A DNA stretch of 64,000 nt, from IMG/VR virus record IMGVR_UViG_3300029923_000009, one strand, 5' to 3'. Numbering within the stretch: position 1 is the stretch's first letter; every line of letters starts with the position of its first letter. Shown in pieces: positions 18,042 through 27,469 of this stretch. This DNA is from a virus (taxonomy: Duplodnaviria > Heunggongvirae > Uroviricota > Caudoviricetes). The position numbers were made by a program, and so were the translations under genes. The notes beneath the pieces are model-generated. The model searched no databases. It had not been told where the DNA came from and saw only the letters and a list, made by a program, of their open reading frames with translations.

Positions 18042-18243
18042 TTTTTATTAATTTTAAAATTTCATCACTATTCGGAAAATCATCAATACCCATATATTCA
18101 GACCCAAGTAATAATGATACACCAAACCTATAAGCTACATTTTCAAGTTCAATATTTGACTCTACTGTTGTTTTTCCATATGATTTATCTCTAAACCCTT
18201 AATAATACCAAGCTAATAAATTTTCGTCTTCTATGTTATACAT
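18031..18243 (-). pseudogene. Small gene with one in-frame TAA (18199-18201)
   Basis: MYNIEDENLLAWYY*GFRDKSYGKTTVESNIELENVAYRFG...ILKLIKNGK*; start and stop overlap both neighbouring genes. Confidence 0.6.
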
Positions 18244-18424
18244 TTTTTAAGTATTTATAGTATTCTTCCTCTTGTTCTTTATAGTATTCGTTTTGCATAT
18301 CAAGATAACATTCTTTGAAGTATTCATTTTCCTGTTGTTTACAATAACTTTCCATTTCATCGTAACGTTCGTTTATTTCATCTTCAATAGCCTGTTGGCT
18401 TCCTAAATAGTTTTCATTGTTCAT
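18236..18424 (-). CDS. Small acidic hypothetical protein
   Basis: 62-aa ORF coupled to neighbours. Confidence 0.6.
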   Translation of the reverse strand: MNNENYLGSQQAIEDEINERYDEMESYCKQQENEYFKECYLDMQNEYYKEQEEEYYKYLKNV

Positions 18425-19193
18425 ATTTTTCTATACGTTTATTAATTATATCACAATATTCGCTTGATATTTCGCTTCCAATCCAATCTCTATTATTTTT
18501 AATTGCCATTTTAGCAGTCGTTCCACTTCCCATAAAAGGATCGTAGACTAAATCCCCTTCGTTAGACCAACTGACTATATGATCGTTAGCTAATTGTTCT
18601 GGGAAAATAGCAGGGTGTTGAAATGCAACTTCATCTAAGCTGCTTTTACCTTTTCCCACTTTATACTTCCATATATTAGTTCTTCTGCCAAACTCACCAT
18701 ATCCACCACGAGAAACCTGTTTAAGAGTTCCATCTATTAATCTCTTAGTCCCATTGTCTCCATTTCTGGACTCTTTGTTTTCTCTGTCGAGAAGTAGATT
18801 TATGGTTCCGATTTTACCCTTGGAAAATACAAACATATACTCAAAAGCCTGCCAATACGATTTGTTATTTCCACAAGCCCCACGCGGAGGTTTCTCATAT
18901 ATCATTGTATCATGCAAATTAAAACCACATTGCATAAAGTATAATGCCTGTTTAAACGATGTTCCAGATTCACTACCTTTAATTGTTGCATCACCAACTA
19001 TCCAAACTACAACTCCACCAACTTTTGTAACTCTATATAATTCTTTAGCTACATTTTCAAAATCAAAACAATATCCATTATATGTCCTTAATTTATCATA
19101 TGGTGGCGATGTTATTGTTAAATCAATAAATTCGTTTGACATGTGTGACATTGTTTCTAAACAATCTTCATTATAGTTTTTGTTAATCTCCAA
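18414..19193 (-). CDS. N4-C/N6-A DNA methyltransferase (beta class)
   Basis: DLTITSPPY catalytic motif, HPAIFP, DPFMGSGTT SAM-binding motif; probable TTG start at 19193 overlapping the upstream stop. Confidence 0.9.
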   Translation of the reverse strand: MEINKNYNEDCLETMSHMSNEFIDLTITSPPYDKLRTYNGYCFDFENVAKELYRVTKVGGVVVWIVGDATIKGSESGTSFKQALYFMQCGFNLHDTMIYEKPPRGACGNNKSYWQAFEYMFVFSKGKIGTINLLLDRENKESRNGDNGTKRLIDGTLKQVSRGGYGEFGRRTNIWKYKVGKGKSSLDEVAFQHPAIFPEQLANDHIVSWSNEGDLVYDPFMGSGTTAKMAIKNNRDWIGSEISSEYCDIINKRIEKYEQ

Positions 19194-19698
19194 TTTCAAC
19201 CCCTCCTTCAATTTCATTGCCCCACGAACTCCAATTTTCAGCTGTGGTCCGAGCAAACATCTCCAATCTATTAGCGTTTGGAAACCATTTTTCAATCATT
19301 TCGCGTACAATTAATGGTTTTTTACTGTGTTTCGTTCGTTTCTCGCGTATTACACTGCTATCTCTGACACTTGGTTCAGGGGGTGAAAAATGACCCTTTG
19401 TGGCAACAATTAGTATCTCATGTTGACCACGAAACCAATAGCCCATACCTTTTATTTCTTTATCCCAAACGGCCTGCGTTTTGTATGTAAATCCCCAGGC
19501 TTCTATGACTTTTAAGGCCTCAAGCAATTTTGGAGCTGTTGCCCACAAATAGAGAACTGAATTATCAGCTGAAGGCACATTTAAAGCACATATTTCATCG
19601 ACTGTCATTGTTGGGTAATTTTTCTCAATCGATCTACTTGTTGATTTTGAAAAACTATACTGCCAGGCTGGATCTGCGTAAATTACGTCGTATTTCAT
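19183..19698 (-). CDS. MT-A70-family adenine methyltransferase
   Basis: YDVIYADPAW, LYLWAT, HSKKP, RLEMFAR, WSSWGNE. Confidence 0.9.
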   Translation of the reverse strand: MKYDVIYADPAWQYSFSKSTSRSIEKNYPTMTVDEICALNVPSADNSVLYLWATAPKLLEALKVIEAWGFTYKTQAVWDKEIKGMGYWFRGQHEILIVATKGHFSPPEPSVRDSSVIREKRTKHSKKPLIVREMIEKWFPNANRLEMFARTTAENWSSWGNEIEGGVEIGD

Positions 19699-19701
19699 AT
19701 T

Positions 19702-20079
19702 TTATAATTGTAGAGTTAATAAATCCTTAACTTCGATTGGATTCAACCATCTATTAAAAAGAACGTTGGTTTCAATTTCTTTTATTTTATTTTTAAGTTT
19801 TTCAATTGTTTCAACTACTCTAATGTCTATTGCTATCGTGATAGTTTCTAATTTAAAGGCACAGTTTTTTAATGATTCTACTTCTTCATTAAATTCTTTT
19901 TCTTTAAGATTAATATAAAGTTGGTAATCATATCCAAATTTAGTTGGTTCCAATTCTTTAAGCATTATCCACTGATCATACGATGCTGGCTTGTATTTAT
20001 CTACTGGGATTGTTTTATCTATTTCAATTAAATAGTGTAATGTGATAGGGTAATAAGATATTCCTTCTATTATTTTCAT
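19702..20079 (-). CDS. Hypothetical protein
   Basis: 125-aa ORF. Confidence 0.65.
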   Translation of the reverse strand: MKIIEGISYYPITLHYLIEIDKTIPVDKYKPASYDQWIMLKELEPTKFGYDYQLYINLKEKEFNEEVESLKNCAFKLETITIAIDIRVVETIEKLKNKIKEIETNVLFNRWLNPIEVKDLLTLQL

Positions 20080-20268
20080 TTATTTGCTTATTTTATAACA
20101 ATCTTTAATGGTCTCATCTTCAATTTCACAAATTATACTTCCAGTTACTTTCCCTTTAGAGTCTATCCAGTCGCATCCATCTGGAGATAACCACTTATAG
20201 TTGATCCTTTCACCATATAAATTGGCAACTTCTTTTATAGTTAAATATTTTATTGTTTGGTCTTTCAT
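20080..20268 (-). CDS. Hypothetical protein, first gene after promoter
   Basis: 62-aa ORF. Confidence 0.6.
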   Translation of the reverse strand: MKDQTIKYLTIKEVANLYGERINYKWLSPDGCDWIDSKGKVTGSIICEIEDETIKDCYKISK

Positions 20269-20293
20269 TTTTATTTTCCTAATTTATTTTAAA

Positions 20294-20325
20294 CAAATAT
20301 ACTAATAATATTTTAATAAAACAAG
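20294..20325 (-). promoter_or_regulatory. Bacteroidota-type promoter
   Basis: CTTG-N20-TATATTTG on minus strand. Confidence 0.85.
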
Positions 20326-20340
20326 TATTTTTATCTTAAA

Positions 20341-21123
20341 CTATAATAAAACTTTTTTATTACTAATTACAGAGTTAAAACCATTACTGATACTATCATA
20401 TTTAAGTATATATTCTGATTCTACTTTAAAAATTTCACTATCACCTATGTTTGATGGTAATTCCTCTAAAACTTCAAATGTCCAATCACTTAATTTTGTT
20501 GATCTGAGGTATATTCCAAATGGGCTGCTTGAATGCGTTAGATGATTCCACCACCTAAAAAATGGTGCGTTTCGTGTTTTACCTACATAACATTTATTGG
20601 TTGATTTTTCGGTACACTTGTAAATGTAATTTGGTGAATCAGTTTTAATGTAGTTTTCATCGTCTGGAAACTCAATGTTTTTATATTTATCTTTCTTATA
20701 ATTATTTAAACAAATATCATCATCACTCCTACAAAACAATATTTCTGAACCGAATAATCTTTCACTAATCCTTGGTTTTGAAACATATTTATTTTCATGA
20801 ATTTGACCACAGCTATTACATACCCAAGAACCCTCAGTAATTAACTTTTTTTCATATTCATAAAGAGGAAATATGATTACATAAAAGAATTGAGCCTGAT
20901 CTTTTGTTTCTTTTTCGTAAACCTTCCCAGTTGGGAAAAATTGTGGGTATTTTTCTAATAATATTTGTTTAACCTCTGCTTTATCTTTTGCCATTATAAT
21001 TGGCTCCCTAATAACTTCAACCGTATCAAATCCACTACTAAAATATTCATCTTTTGAAATAATTGATTTAACGACTCGAATGAAAGCCTTGAAATATAAT
21101 AATTCTTTTTCTTCTTCTATCAT
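20341..21123 (-). CDS. Protein with C-terminal GIY-YIG nuclease domain
   Basis: NYIYKCTEKSTNKCYVGKTRN...RWWNHL...FEVLEE...ESEYI...GFN. Confidence 0.75.
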   Translation of the reverse strand: MIEEEKELLYFKAFIRVVKSIISKDEYFSSGFDTVEVIREPIIMAKDKAEVKQILLEKYPQFFPTGKVYEKETKDQAQFFYVIIFPLYEYEKKLITEGSWVCNSCGQIHENKYVSKPRISERLFGSEILFCRSDDDICLNNYKKDKYKNIEFPDDENYIKTDSPNYIYKCTEKSTNKCYVGKTRNAPFFRWWNHLTHSSSPFGIYLRSTKLSDWTFEVLEELPSNIGDSEIFKVESEYILKYDSISNGFNSVISNKKVLL

Positions 21124-21134
21124 ATCTGATTTAG

Positions 21135-22310
21135 TTAATTATTTTCTTTAACCCACTTTTCGTACATTTTTACCTCATTGTTCTTTAAGTTGTTGAACGT
21201 AGAAAAAAACGAAGCAAACTTATTTTCGTTAAGTAGTTCGTCAATTCCATCGCGTAACATAAGTTTATATAGATTTGATAATGATCTACCGTCGGGGTCT
21301 ATCGGTGAATACATTAAATTGTTTAGTTGTTCAATAGCATCTGGTGTCAATAATGGTTTTTTTAAATTTATAATTTTTTCGTTGATTTCGAAAAGTTTTT
21401 TTCCTTGCATTCCAACTGTCTCTTGATTTATAATATTTAAACATTTTACAAATGGTTTTTTCTTTTCGGATACCCTTTTTTGATTGATTTCTTTGGCTCT
21501 TGCAATTACCTCCCATAAATATACTTCTCTTGTGGCTATCTCTGGCATAATTTCCATTAACCCATCTTCAGATAACCCTTTCACGCCCTTGATGTTATCA
21601 CTGGTATCTCCGCACAATATTTTCCGTAAAGCTACATTTTTATAATTGTAACCGAATGTTTCACTGAAATTTTTGGTTGATATAAATTTTTTCAATCGCG
21701 GAATATATATACATATTTGTTCATTTATTAATTGTGATACGTCCATATCTCCGCTTACAAGATAAGTTAAATCATTCGATTTTTTATTTAAACAGTAAAA
21801 CGCTAAATGATCATCTCCTTCTATGTTATTACTTGATACTTGCCTCACAAAAAGCTCCTCTAAATAGGCTTGTAAAATTGCTTTCTGTCTATGAAAATCT
21901 TCTTTCTCTGTTAATTTAGATTCAATTTTTTCTTTATTCTTTCTACTGTATTCTAATGTTCTTTTCACGAATGCATCCATTTGGTCATAATAATCTGAAT
22001 GAACATTATCATTTGAAAAATTTTTATGCCTATTTTCTTTGTATTCTGGATATATATCATGTCTTAATTGACCACTAACACCCTCATCCCAAGCAACATA
22101 TGCAAAATCAAAATCGCGTTTTGATAATAAAATTTTTAATTGAAGTAAAAATTGAAATACCCCGCCATATGGTTGCCCTTTTGTATTTATCTTTGTATCG
22201 GCATTCCAACTTAATTGTAAAAGCGAATCTCCATCAATAAATAATGTGTATGTGCTTTTTTCTGGTATTTCGTGAGTTTCAGAAATTTTCTTTGGGATTG
22301 GTTGAGCCAT
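21135..22310 (-). CDS. 5'-3' exonuclease / flap endonuclease (T4 RNase H-like)
   Basis: FIDGDSL, YPEYKENR, EGDD, SGDMD, LCGDTSDNIKGVKG. Confidence 0.9.
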   Translation of the reverse strand: MAQPIPKKISETHEIPEKSTYTLFIDGDSLLQLSWNADTKINTKGQPYGGVFQFLLQLKILLSKRDFDFAYVAWDEGVSGQLRHDIYPEYKENRHKNFSNDNVHSDYYDQMDAFVKRTLEYSRKNKEKIESKLTEKEDFHRQKAILQAYLEELFVRQVSSNNIEGDDHLAFYCLNKKSNDLTYLVSGDMDVSQLINEQICIYIPRLKKFISTKNFSETFGYNYKNVALRKILCGDTSDNIKGVKGLSEDGLMEIMPEIATREVYLWEVIARAKEINQKRVSEKKKPFVKCLNIINQETVGMQGKKLFEINEKIINLKKPLLTPDAIEQLNNLMYSPIDPDGRSLSNLYKLMLRDGIDELLNENKFASFFSTFNNLKNNEVKMYEKWVKENN

Positions 22311-22315
22311 GTTTT

Positions 22316-22441
22316 TTAATTTATTATTTGGTTAAATTCATTATCTAAAATTTTCTTTATTTCAATATCATTTGATGCACCATTTCTATAAAAGATATAT
22401 TCAATATCAGGATTTGGTATTATTTGTTTAGTTTTATTCAT
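22316..22441 (-). CDS. Unannotated 41-aa hypothetical protein
   Basis: MNKTKQIIPNPDIEYIFYRNGASNDIEIKKILDNEFNQIIN*; ATGA overlap upstream, stop 5 nt before next gene. Confidence 0.5.
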   Translation of the reverse strand: MNKTKQIIPNPDIEYIFYRNGASNDIEIKKILDNEFNQIIN

Positions 22442-22544
22442 CTATTTTTTGTTATTATTTCCATTATTTGAGTATATTTTTCTGATTTACAGCTAATACT
22501 ATCTGAAATAAATGAACCCCTATCTTTTTGATGATATAACCTAA
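22438..22544 (-). pseudogene. 3' half of a small gene interrupted by the tnpB element (5' half at 23808-23853)
   Basis: Start-less frame RLYHQKDRGS...ITKNR* begins at the element right end; joins in frame with GTG-started MNKITKNEYKYESPL. Confidence 0.5.
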
Positions 22545-22700
22545 TTGACTTACTCCCACAGATAAATCAGTGGAATTCTACCGTCAGGCGCAGTTTGCCA
22601 CCAGCAAGCTGGGGGTCTTACAACTACTAAGGTATTCGACAAAGCCCTGTCGATGTATATTTATTGCTGCATTTAAATCCCTATCTATCTCCACTCCGCA
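22545..22700 (-). ncRNA. Probable TnpB omegaRNA/reRNA scaffold (5' boundary approximate)
   Basis: GC-richer region overlapping tnpB 3' end and right end; established TnpB architecture. Confidence 0.55.
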
Positions 22701-23780
22701 GGATGGACAGATGAAAGTTCTATCTTCTAATCTAAGTCCTTTATGCTTGTTTCCACATTCACTACAAGTTTTTGAAGAAGCGTACCATTGATCTATCTGA
22801 TAAATATTATTTTTATATTTTAAAGACACTTCTTTTAATATATAAATAAATGAAGCGTGACAAAGGTCACTAACTTTTCTTCCCCACAGTCTTTTCATTC
22901 CATCTAAATTCAGAGTTTCTAAAAAAATGAGATCGTATTTTCGACAAAGTTCATGAGCAAGCTTATACTGATAATCAGAACGACGATTTGTTATCTTTTT
23001 ATAGGCTCTGACAAGGGTTTTCCTTGCCTTATTCCCATTTGAAGATAAAACGGTAATATCGACCATCTTTTTCCACTTAGTACTATATTTCTGCTTTCCA
23101 GTCTTAACTCTACCCTTAGAAGAGAGTTTATTATGTAGTTTTTTAATTTTCTTTATATCCTTTTTAAAGAATAAAGGGGAAATACTACTTTCTCCATCGG
23201 ACATCGTTAGATATGTTTTTAATCCGAAATCAATTCCTACTGATGCACCATCGTGTGTCTTTGAGTAAAAATTTTTATTTCTAACATCTTCTTCTGATGT
23301 GATGGTTAAATAAAAGTCACCTAGTTTATCACGTTTAAGTCTAATTAGTTTAGGAGTTCCATAATCTCTCGATTTAAAGAACTTAAAACTATGTTTAAGT
23401 TTATTAATGTAAAGTTTATTTTCTGTCAACAGGTATCCACCTTGTTTAAAAACAAAGGAAGAGAAACTGAAACCAGATTTAAATTTAGGTGGTCTTTTCT
23501 GTTTCTTTTTAAAAAAACGAACATAAGAAGTATCTAATCTTTGTATGATTTCCTGTATGGTCTGCGACCCCATTAATTTAAGAAAATCGTTTTTAGGGAC
23601 AATCTTCTTTGCAAAATGGGATTGCATTTTAGATGAGTTAATATAAGATCCATATAAACTATAATATCGTTTTTGAAGAGCAAGACAATGATTCCAAACA
23701 AAAGCGGAGCTTCTGCACAGATCATGGAGTTTTATATTCCATTTGACATTATTATATAGTTTATATTTATATGTGATCAC
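22584..23780 (-). CDS. tnpB: TnpB RNA-guided nuclease
   Basis: RuvC-I GIDFGLK, RuvC-II FLETLN, Zn finger CSEC/CPSC, RuvC-III DRDLNAAINI; GTG start. Confidence 0.93.
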   Translation of the reverse strand: MITYKYKLYNNVKWNIKLHDLCRSSAFVWNHCLALQKRYYSLYGSYINSSKMQSHFAKKIVPKNDFLKLMGSQTIQEIIQRLDTSYVRFFKKKQKRPPKFKSGFSFSSFVFKQGGYLLTENKLYINKLKHSFKFFKSRDYGTPKLIRLKRDKLGDFYLTITSEEDVRNKNFYSKTHDGASVGIDFGLKTYLTMSDGESSISPLFFKKDIKKIKKLHNKLSSKGRVKTGKQKYSTKWKKMVDITVLSSNGNKARKTLVRAYKKITNRRSDYQYKLAHELCRKYDLIFLETLNLDGMKRLWGRKVSDLCHASFIYILKEVSLKYKNNIYQIDQWYASSKTCSECGNKHKGLRLEDRTFICPSCGVEIDRDLNAAINIHRQGFVEYLSSCKTPSLLVANCA

Positions 23781-23845
23781 TTAATTTAAATTGTACATAT
23801 CCTTTATTTAAAGGGCTTTCGTATTTATATTCGTTTTTCGTAATT

Positions 23846-24034
23846 TTATTCACCAAAAATTTTTATTTTGTATTTTCCAGCTTTATTCAATATTTTATGC
23901 CTTAACTCTTATGTTATCTCACCACTTTCTGACAGGTTATCAATTTCTACGAGGATTAAATGTCTACTTTCTTCAAGATATTTACAATATTCTTCAGAAG
24001 TCAAAACTCCAGCAATAATTTTTTCGTTTTTCAT
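23846..24034 (-). pseudogene. Small gene with one in-frame TAA (23909-23911)
   Basis: MKNEKIIAGVLTSEEYCKYLEESRHLILVEIDNLSESGEIT*ELRHKILNKAGKYKIKIFGE*; ATGA overlap with clp stop. Confidence 0.45.
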
Positions 24035-26511
24035 TTAATTTCGATTTTATTATTATTTATATTCACATTAAATATATATCCATTTTCTAATTCATTTTCC
24101 AAGTATATATCACAAATAACATTTTCAATTTCATTTTCAATGGCCCTATTGATCTTTCGTGCACCACTGTTTTTATCTGAACCGATTGTTTTAAATAAAT
24201 AGTCCGTAACATCATCTCCAAATTCAACATCAAAATTAATCTCATTCAAACGTTTTTTTAATTTACTCAATTCTAACTCGATAATTGATTTTAAGTTGTC
24301 TTCGGTTAATGAGTTGAAATAAATAACGTCATTAAGTCTACTAATGAATTCTGGCGGAAACTTACCTTTGAGGGCTTTTTCAATTATATTCTTTTTATTA
24401 TCTTCCACATTTATTTGAAAACCAGTTCCGCGACCTAATGAAGCCGCATCTTTTGCGCCAACGTTCGATGTCATAATAATAATAACATTTTTAAATGAAA
24501 CACGAACACCTGTATTATCGGTAGCAAAACTTTCATCAAAAATCTGTAAAAATATATTATAAACATCATTATGAGCCTTTTCAATTTCATCCAGTAATAA
24601 TACACAATATGGCTTGTTTTTAATGGCTTCCGTTAATAAACCACCTTGATCATACCCAACGAATCCACTTCCAGTTCCAACCATCTTATTTACAGCTGTT
24701 TGGTCAGAGTATTCGCTCATATCAAATCTAACTAAAGCATCTTCACTACCAAATATTTCTTCAGCTAATTTTTTAGCTAAAAAAGTTTTTCCACACCCAG
24801 ATTCCCCAACAAACATAAAAACTCCATTAGGCTTATTTTTTCTACCAAGTCCCATTCGGCTTCTTTTCATGGATTGAGCAACCTTTTTAATCGCTTCCGA
24901 TTGGCCGATTATACTTTCACCTAATTTGTTTTCAATGTTTAAATAACGTTCCTTCTCCGAAGTAGTCAACCTATTAATTGGGACACCTGTCATTTCAGAT
25001 ACAATATTAAACACATCGATTTCAGTAATTTCTTTAATATTATTCTTAGATTGTGATTTTTTATTTTTTTCTAAATCTACTATCTTACCTTCTATTTCAA
25101 TACATATTAAATTATAACCATCACCAATATCAAAATTATTTTCTGAGTATGCTTCTTTGACGTTTAACTTATTTAATTCAAGCTCTTTCTTTAATTCAAA
25201 AAGTTCCGATTCATTGTATAGGTTAGAAACCTTTTTTTCTGAGCCGCATTCGTCCATTATATCAATTGCTGAGTCTGGAAGGTGCCTTTCTGTGATATAT
25301 TTATTTGCAAGCGTTACACAAGCTCTAATGGCTTCGTCCGTATAGCTTACATTATGATACTTTTCATAGTATTTTTTTGAATTAAATAATATCTTCTCTG
25401 TTTGTTCAATTGTTGTTGAAGTAATAACGCTTTTTTGAAATTTTCTGTTTAAAGATGGTTCGTTCTCTATCGAATTTTTATATCCTTTAAAGGATGTCGT
25501 TGCTATTAATTGAATATCACCATCTATCATGGCCTTTGATAATATACCACCAATATCAGACGCATTATTGGAATTTGATGATAATACAGAATGAATATCA
25601 TCGATAAATAACATATAATTTTTATTGGCTTTTATTTCATTTATAACACCATTCAATCTCTCTTCGAGCATCCCTCTGAATGAAGTACCAGCTATTAAAG
25701 ATGATAAGTCTAAAGATAAAATTTCTTTCCCATTAAGAAACATACCCTTACCCTCTTCTATCATATTAGCCAAGCCGTAAATTATAGCACTCTTGCCAAC
25801 ACCCCCATCACCAACTAAAATTATGTTATTTTTATTTCTTCTACCAAGAATTTTTATTAAACGATTAATTTCAACTTCTCTACCAACTATTTGATCTATT
25901 TTACCTTGTTTTGCTAATGTATTTAAATTAGTACAATACAATTTAATCATATTTGCTTTACCAGATGGTTTATTTTTCTGGCCTTGTATTGTTTCTACAT
26001 AGCTTTGGTTTGTATTTTCATTTTGTTCGTCAAATTTGGCTATTTCACCTTGTTTTATAGTATTAATGGTATTGAATAGGTTATCATATTTTAGACCAAC
26101 GTGAGTTAGTTTTGATATATCTTTAACATTTGAAAGTATTGATAATAATACGTGTTCAGACCCTATCTTAATATCGTTTAATTTTTCTTTTTCTGTATTA
26201 GCAGCTATTAAACAATTACTAAAAACTAAATCGAATCCTATTGATTTTTCAATATTATTTAATACTTTCGGCTTAAAAGTGGTCGCAGATAATTCTTTTA
26301 ATAATTCAGAAAAATAAACTAACAAATCATTTATATCATCTTTTGCTAAAAATTTTATCAACATTTTATATGCTATTGATTGTTTTGATTGCAAAATCGC
26401 CAGCATAAAATATTCAATGGTTATCTTTTTGGTAGGAAAGTCTTCAACTAAATCTTTAGTTACTAATGCCAATACTTTTTTTAATTCAGTTGTATATTTA
26501 TTTTCTTCCAT
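24031..26511 (-). CDS. ClpC/ClpA-like two-ring AAA+ ATPase
   Basis: Clp N-domain, GDGGVGKS and GESGCGKT Walker A, LLDEIEKAH, IIMTSNVG, FPPEFISR, GARKINR. Confidence 0.9.
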   Translation of the reverse strand: MEENKYTTELKKVLALVTKDLVEDFPTKKITIEYFMLAILQSKQSIAYKMLIKFLAKDDINDLLVYFSELLKELSATTFKPKVLNNIEKSIGFDLVFSNCLIAANTEKEKLNDIKIGSEHVLLSILSNVKDISKLTHVGLKYDNLFNTINTIKQGEIAKFDEQNENTNQSYVETIQGQKNKPSGKANMIKLYCTNLNTLAKQGKIDQIVGREVEINRLIKILGRRNKNNIILVGDGGVGKSAIIYGLANMIEEGKGMFLNGKEILSLDLSSLIAGTSFRGMLEERLNGVINEIKANKNYMLFIDDIHSVLSSNSNNASDIGGILSKAMIDGDIQLIATTSFKGYKNSIENEPSLNRKFQKSVITSTTIEQTEKILFNSKKYYEKYHNVSYTDEAIRACVTLANKYITERHLPDSAIDIMDECGSEKKVSNLYNESELFELKKELELNKLNVKEAYSENNFDIGDGYNLICIEIEGKIVDLEKNKKSQSKNNIKEITEIDVFNIVSEMTGVPINRLTTSEKERYLNIENKLGESIIGQSEAIKKVAQSMKRSRMGLGRKNKPNGVFMFVGESGCGKTFLAKKLAEEIFGSEDALVRFDMSEYSDQTAVNKMVGTGSGFVGYDQGGLLTEAIKNKPYCVLLLDEIEKAHNDVYNIFLQIFDESFATDNTGVRVSFKNVIIIMTSNVGAKDAASLGRGTGFQINVEDNKKNIIEKALKGKFPPEFISRLNDVIYFNSLTEDNLKSIIELELSKLKKRLNEINFDVEFGDDVTDYLFKTIGSDKNSGARKINRAIENEIENVICDIYLENELENGYIFNVNINNNKIEIK

Positions 26512-26514
26512 TAT

Positions 26515-26937
26515 TTAATTTTTTAATTCTGTGATCACCTTTTTAATATCATCTTCACTCCAGATTCTTGGGTCTAAAGTACAAATCTCAATACCATAGG
26601 GGTGGTCTAAAATGTGTTCTGTTGGTTTATAACAAGTAATACCCAGGCTACCAATCCTATCAATATAATAAATATTCTTATCTAAATTAAAAGGTAATGA
26701 ATGATATGTTTTGTAGTCTACCCAATCTATATTTAACCCTTTATATTCAACAACTTTTTTGATAATAAAATCTTTTATTTCGTCTATACTATTATAACTA
26801 TTATCATATTGTTTAATTTCTCTTCCTTTGGCTGCTTCTTCAAGTGACATTGGTTTTAAAGATGTGATTTCATCTGATAATAATTTTGCTGATATTTTCT
26901 TTATTATTGGGAATTGAACCATTTCAAATTTTTCCAT
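26515..26937 (-). CDS. Hypothetical protein, first gene after promoter
   Basis: 140-aa ORF. Confidence 0.7.
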   Translation of the reverse strand: MEKFEMVQFPIIKKISAKLLSDEITSLKPMSLEEAAKGREIKQYDNSYNSIDEIKDFIIKKVVEYKGLNIDWVDYKTYHSLPFNLDKNIYYIDRIGSLGITCYKPTEHILDHPYGIEICTLDPRIWSEDDIKKVITELKN

Positions 26938-26960
26938 TATTTATTTTAATCGTCTCAAAA

Positions 26961-26992
26961 CAAATGTACCGATAAAATGTGAGAAAAGCAAG
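26961..26992 (-). promoter_or_regulatory. Bacteroidota-type promoter
   Basis: CTTG-N20-TACATTTG on minus strand. Confidence 0.85.
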
Positions 26993-27105
26993 TTCTAAAC
27001 ATAAAAATAACGATTTTATTTAACCTGAATGCTGAACTAAAAATATTTCATACAATTATTTATTTTTTTTAATAATTAAACTATTTATATTAAAATACTA
27101 AACAT

Positions 27106-27444
27106 ATGAGTACTAACCCAGAATTACTTAAATTATTGGAAGCTAAAATTACTAAATTAGTTAAACAGGCTATTACTGAAGATGAGAAAAAAAGAGGTAA
27201 CGATAATGTTGAAGTTTCAAAGGACTACGAAAAGAAATATAAATCAATTCAAAAAGCTTTAGAGAACGATACAATCAACGCGACGCAAGTAATGTCTAAC
27301 GCTCTTGGATTTAAATCTGATGATGATGCAAAGAGATCTCACGCATTTAAGCAGTTACACCAGAAAAAAACACAGGATGGTACAGGCGTTTATAAATTCT
27401 CTGATGAAGAAATCAATAAAATTGCTGCCGTTTTAGGGGTTTAA
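27106..27444 (+). CDS. Hypothetical protein, putative late/virion
   Basis: 112-aa lone plus-strand ORF with CTATTTATATTAAA 17-25 nt upstream and its own terminator. Confidence 0.7.
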   Translation: MSTNPELLKLLEAKITKLVKQAITEDEKKRGNDNVEVSKDYEKKYKSIQKALENDTINATQVMSNALGFKSDDDAKRSHAFKQLHQKKTQDGTGVYKFSDEEINKIAAVLGV

Positions 27445-27469
27445 CCATCCTGGAATTAAATATTAAAAT

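Larger units (their letters stand above)
22545..23807 (-). mobile_element. Non-autonomous (tnpB-only) IS200/IS605-family element
   Basis: Right end GAATTCCACTGATTTATCTGTGGGAGTAAGTCAA (hairpin plus TCAA); left junction inferred after TTTAA; no tnpA in window. Confidence 0.7.

Noticed and set aside
23822-23829. TATTTATA on the plus strand upstream of tnpB
   Set aside because: It points away from any credible plus-strand gene and falls in a reconstructed coding frame; chance occurrence is expected in this composition.
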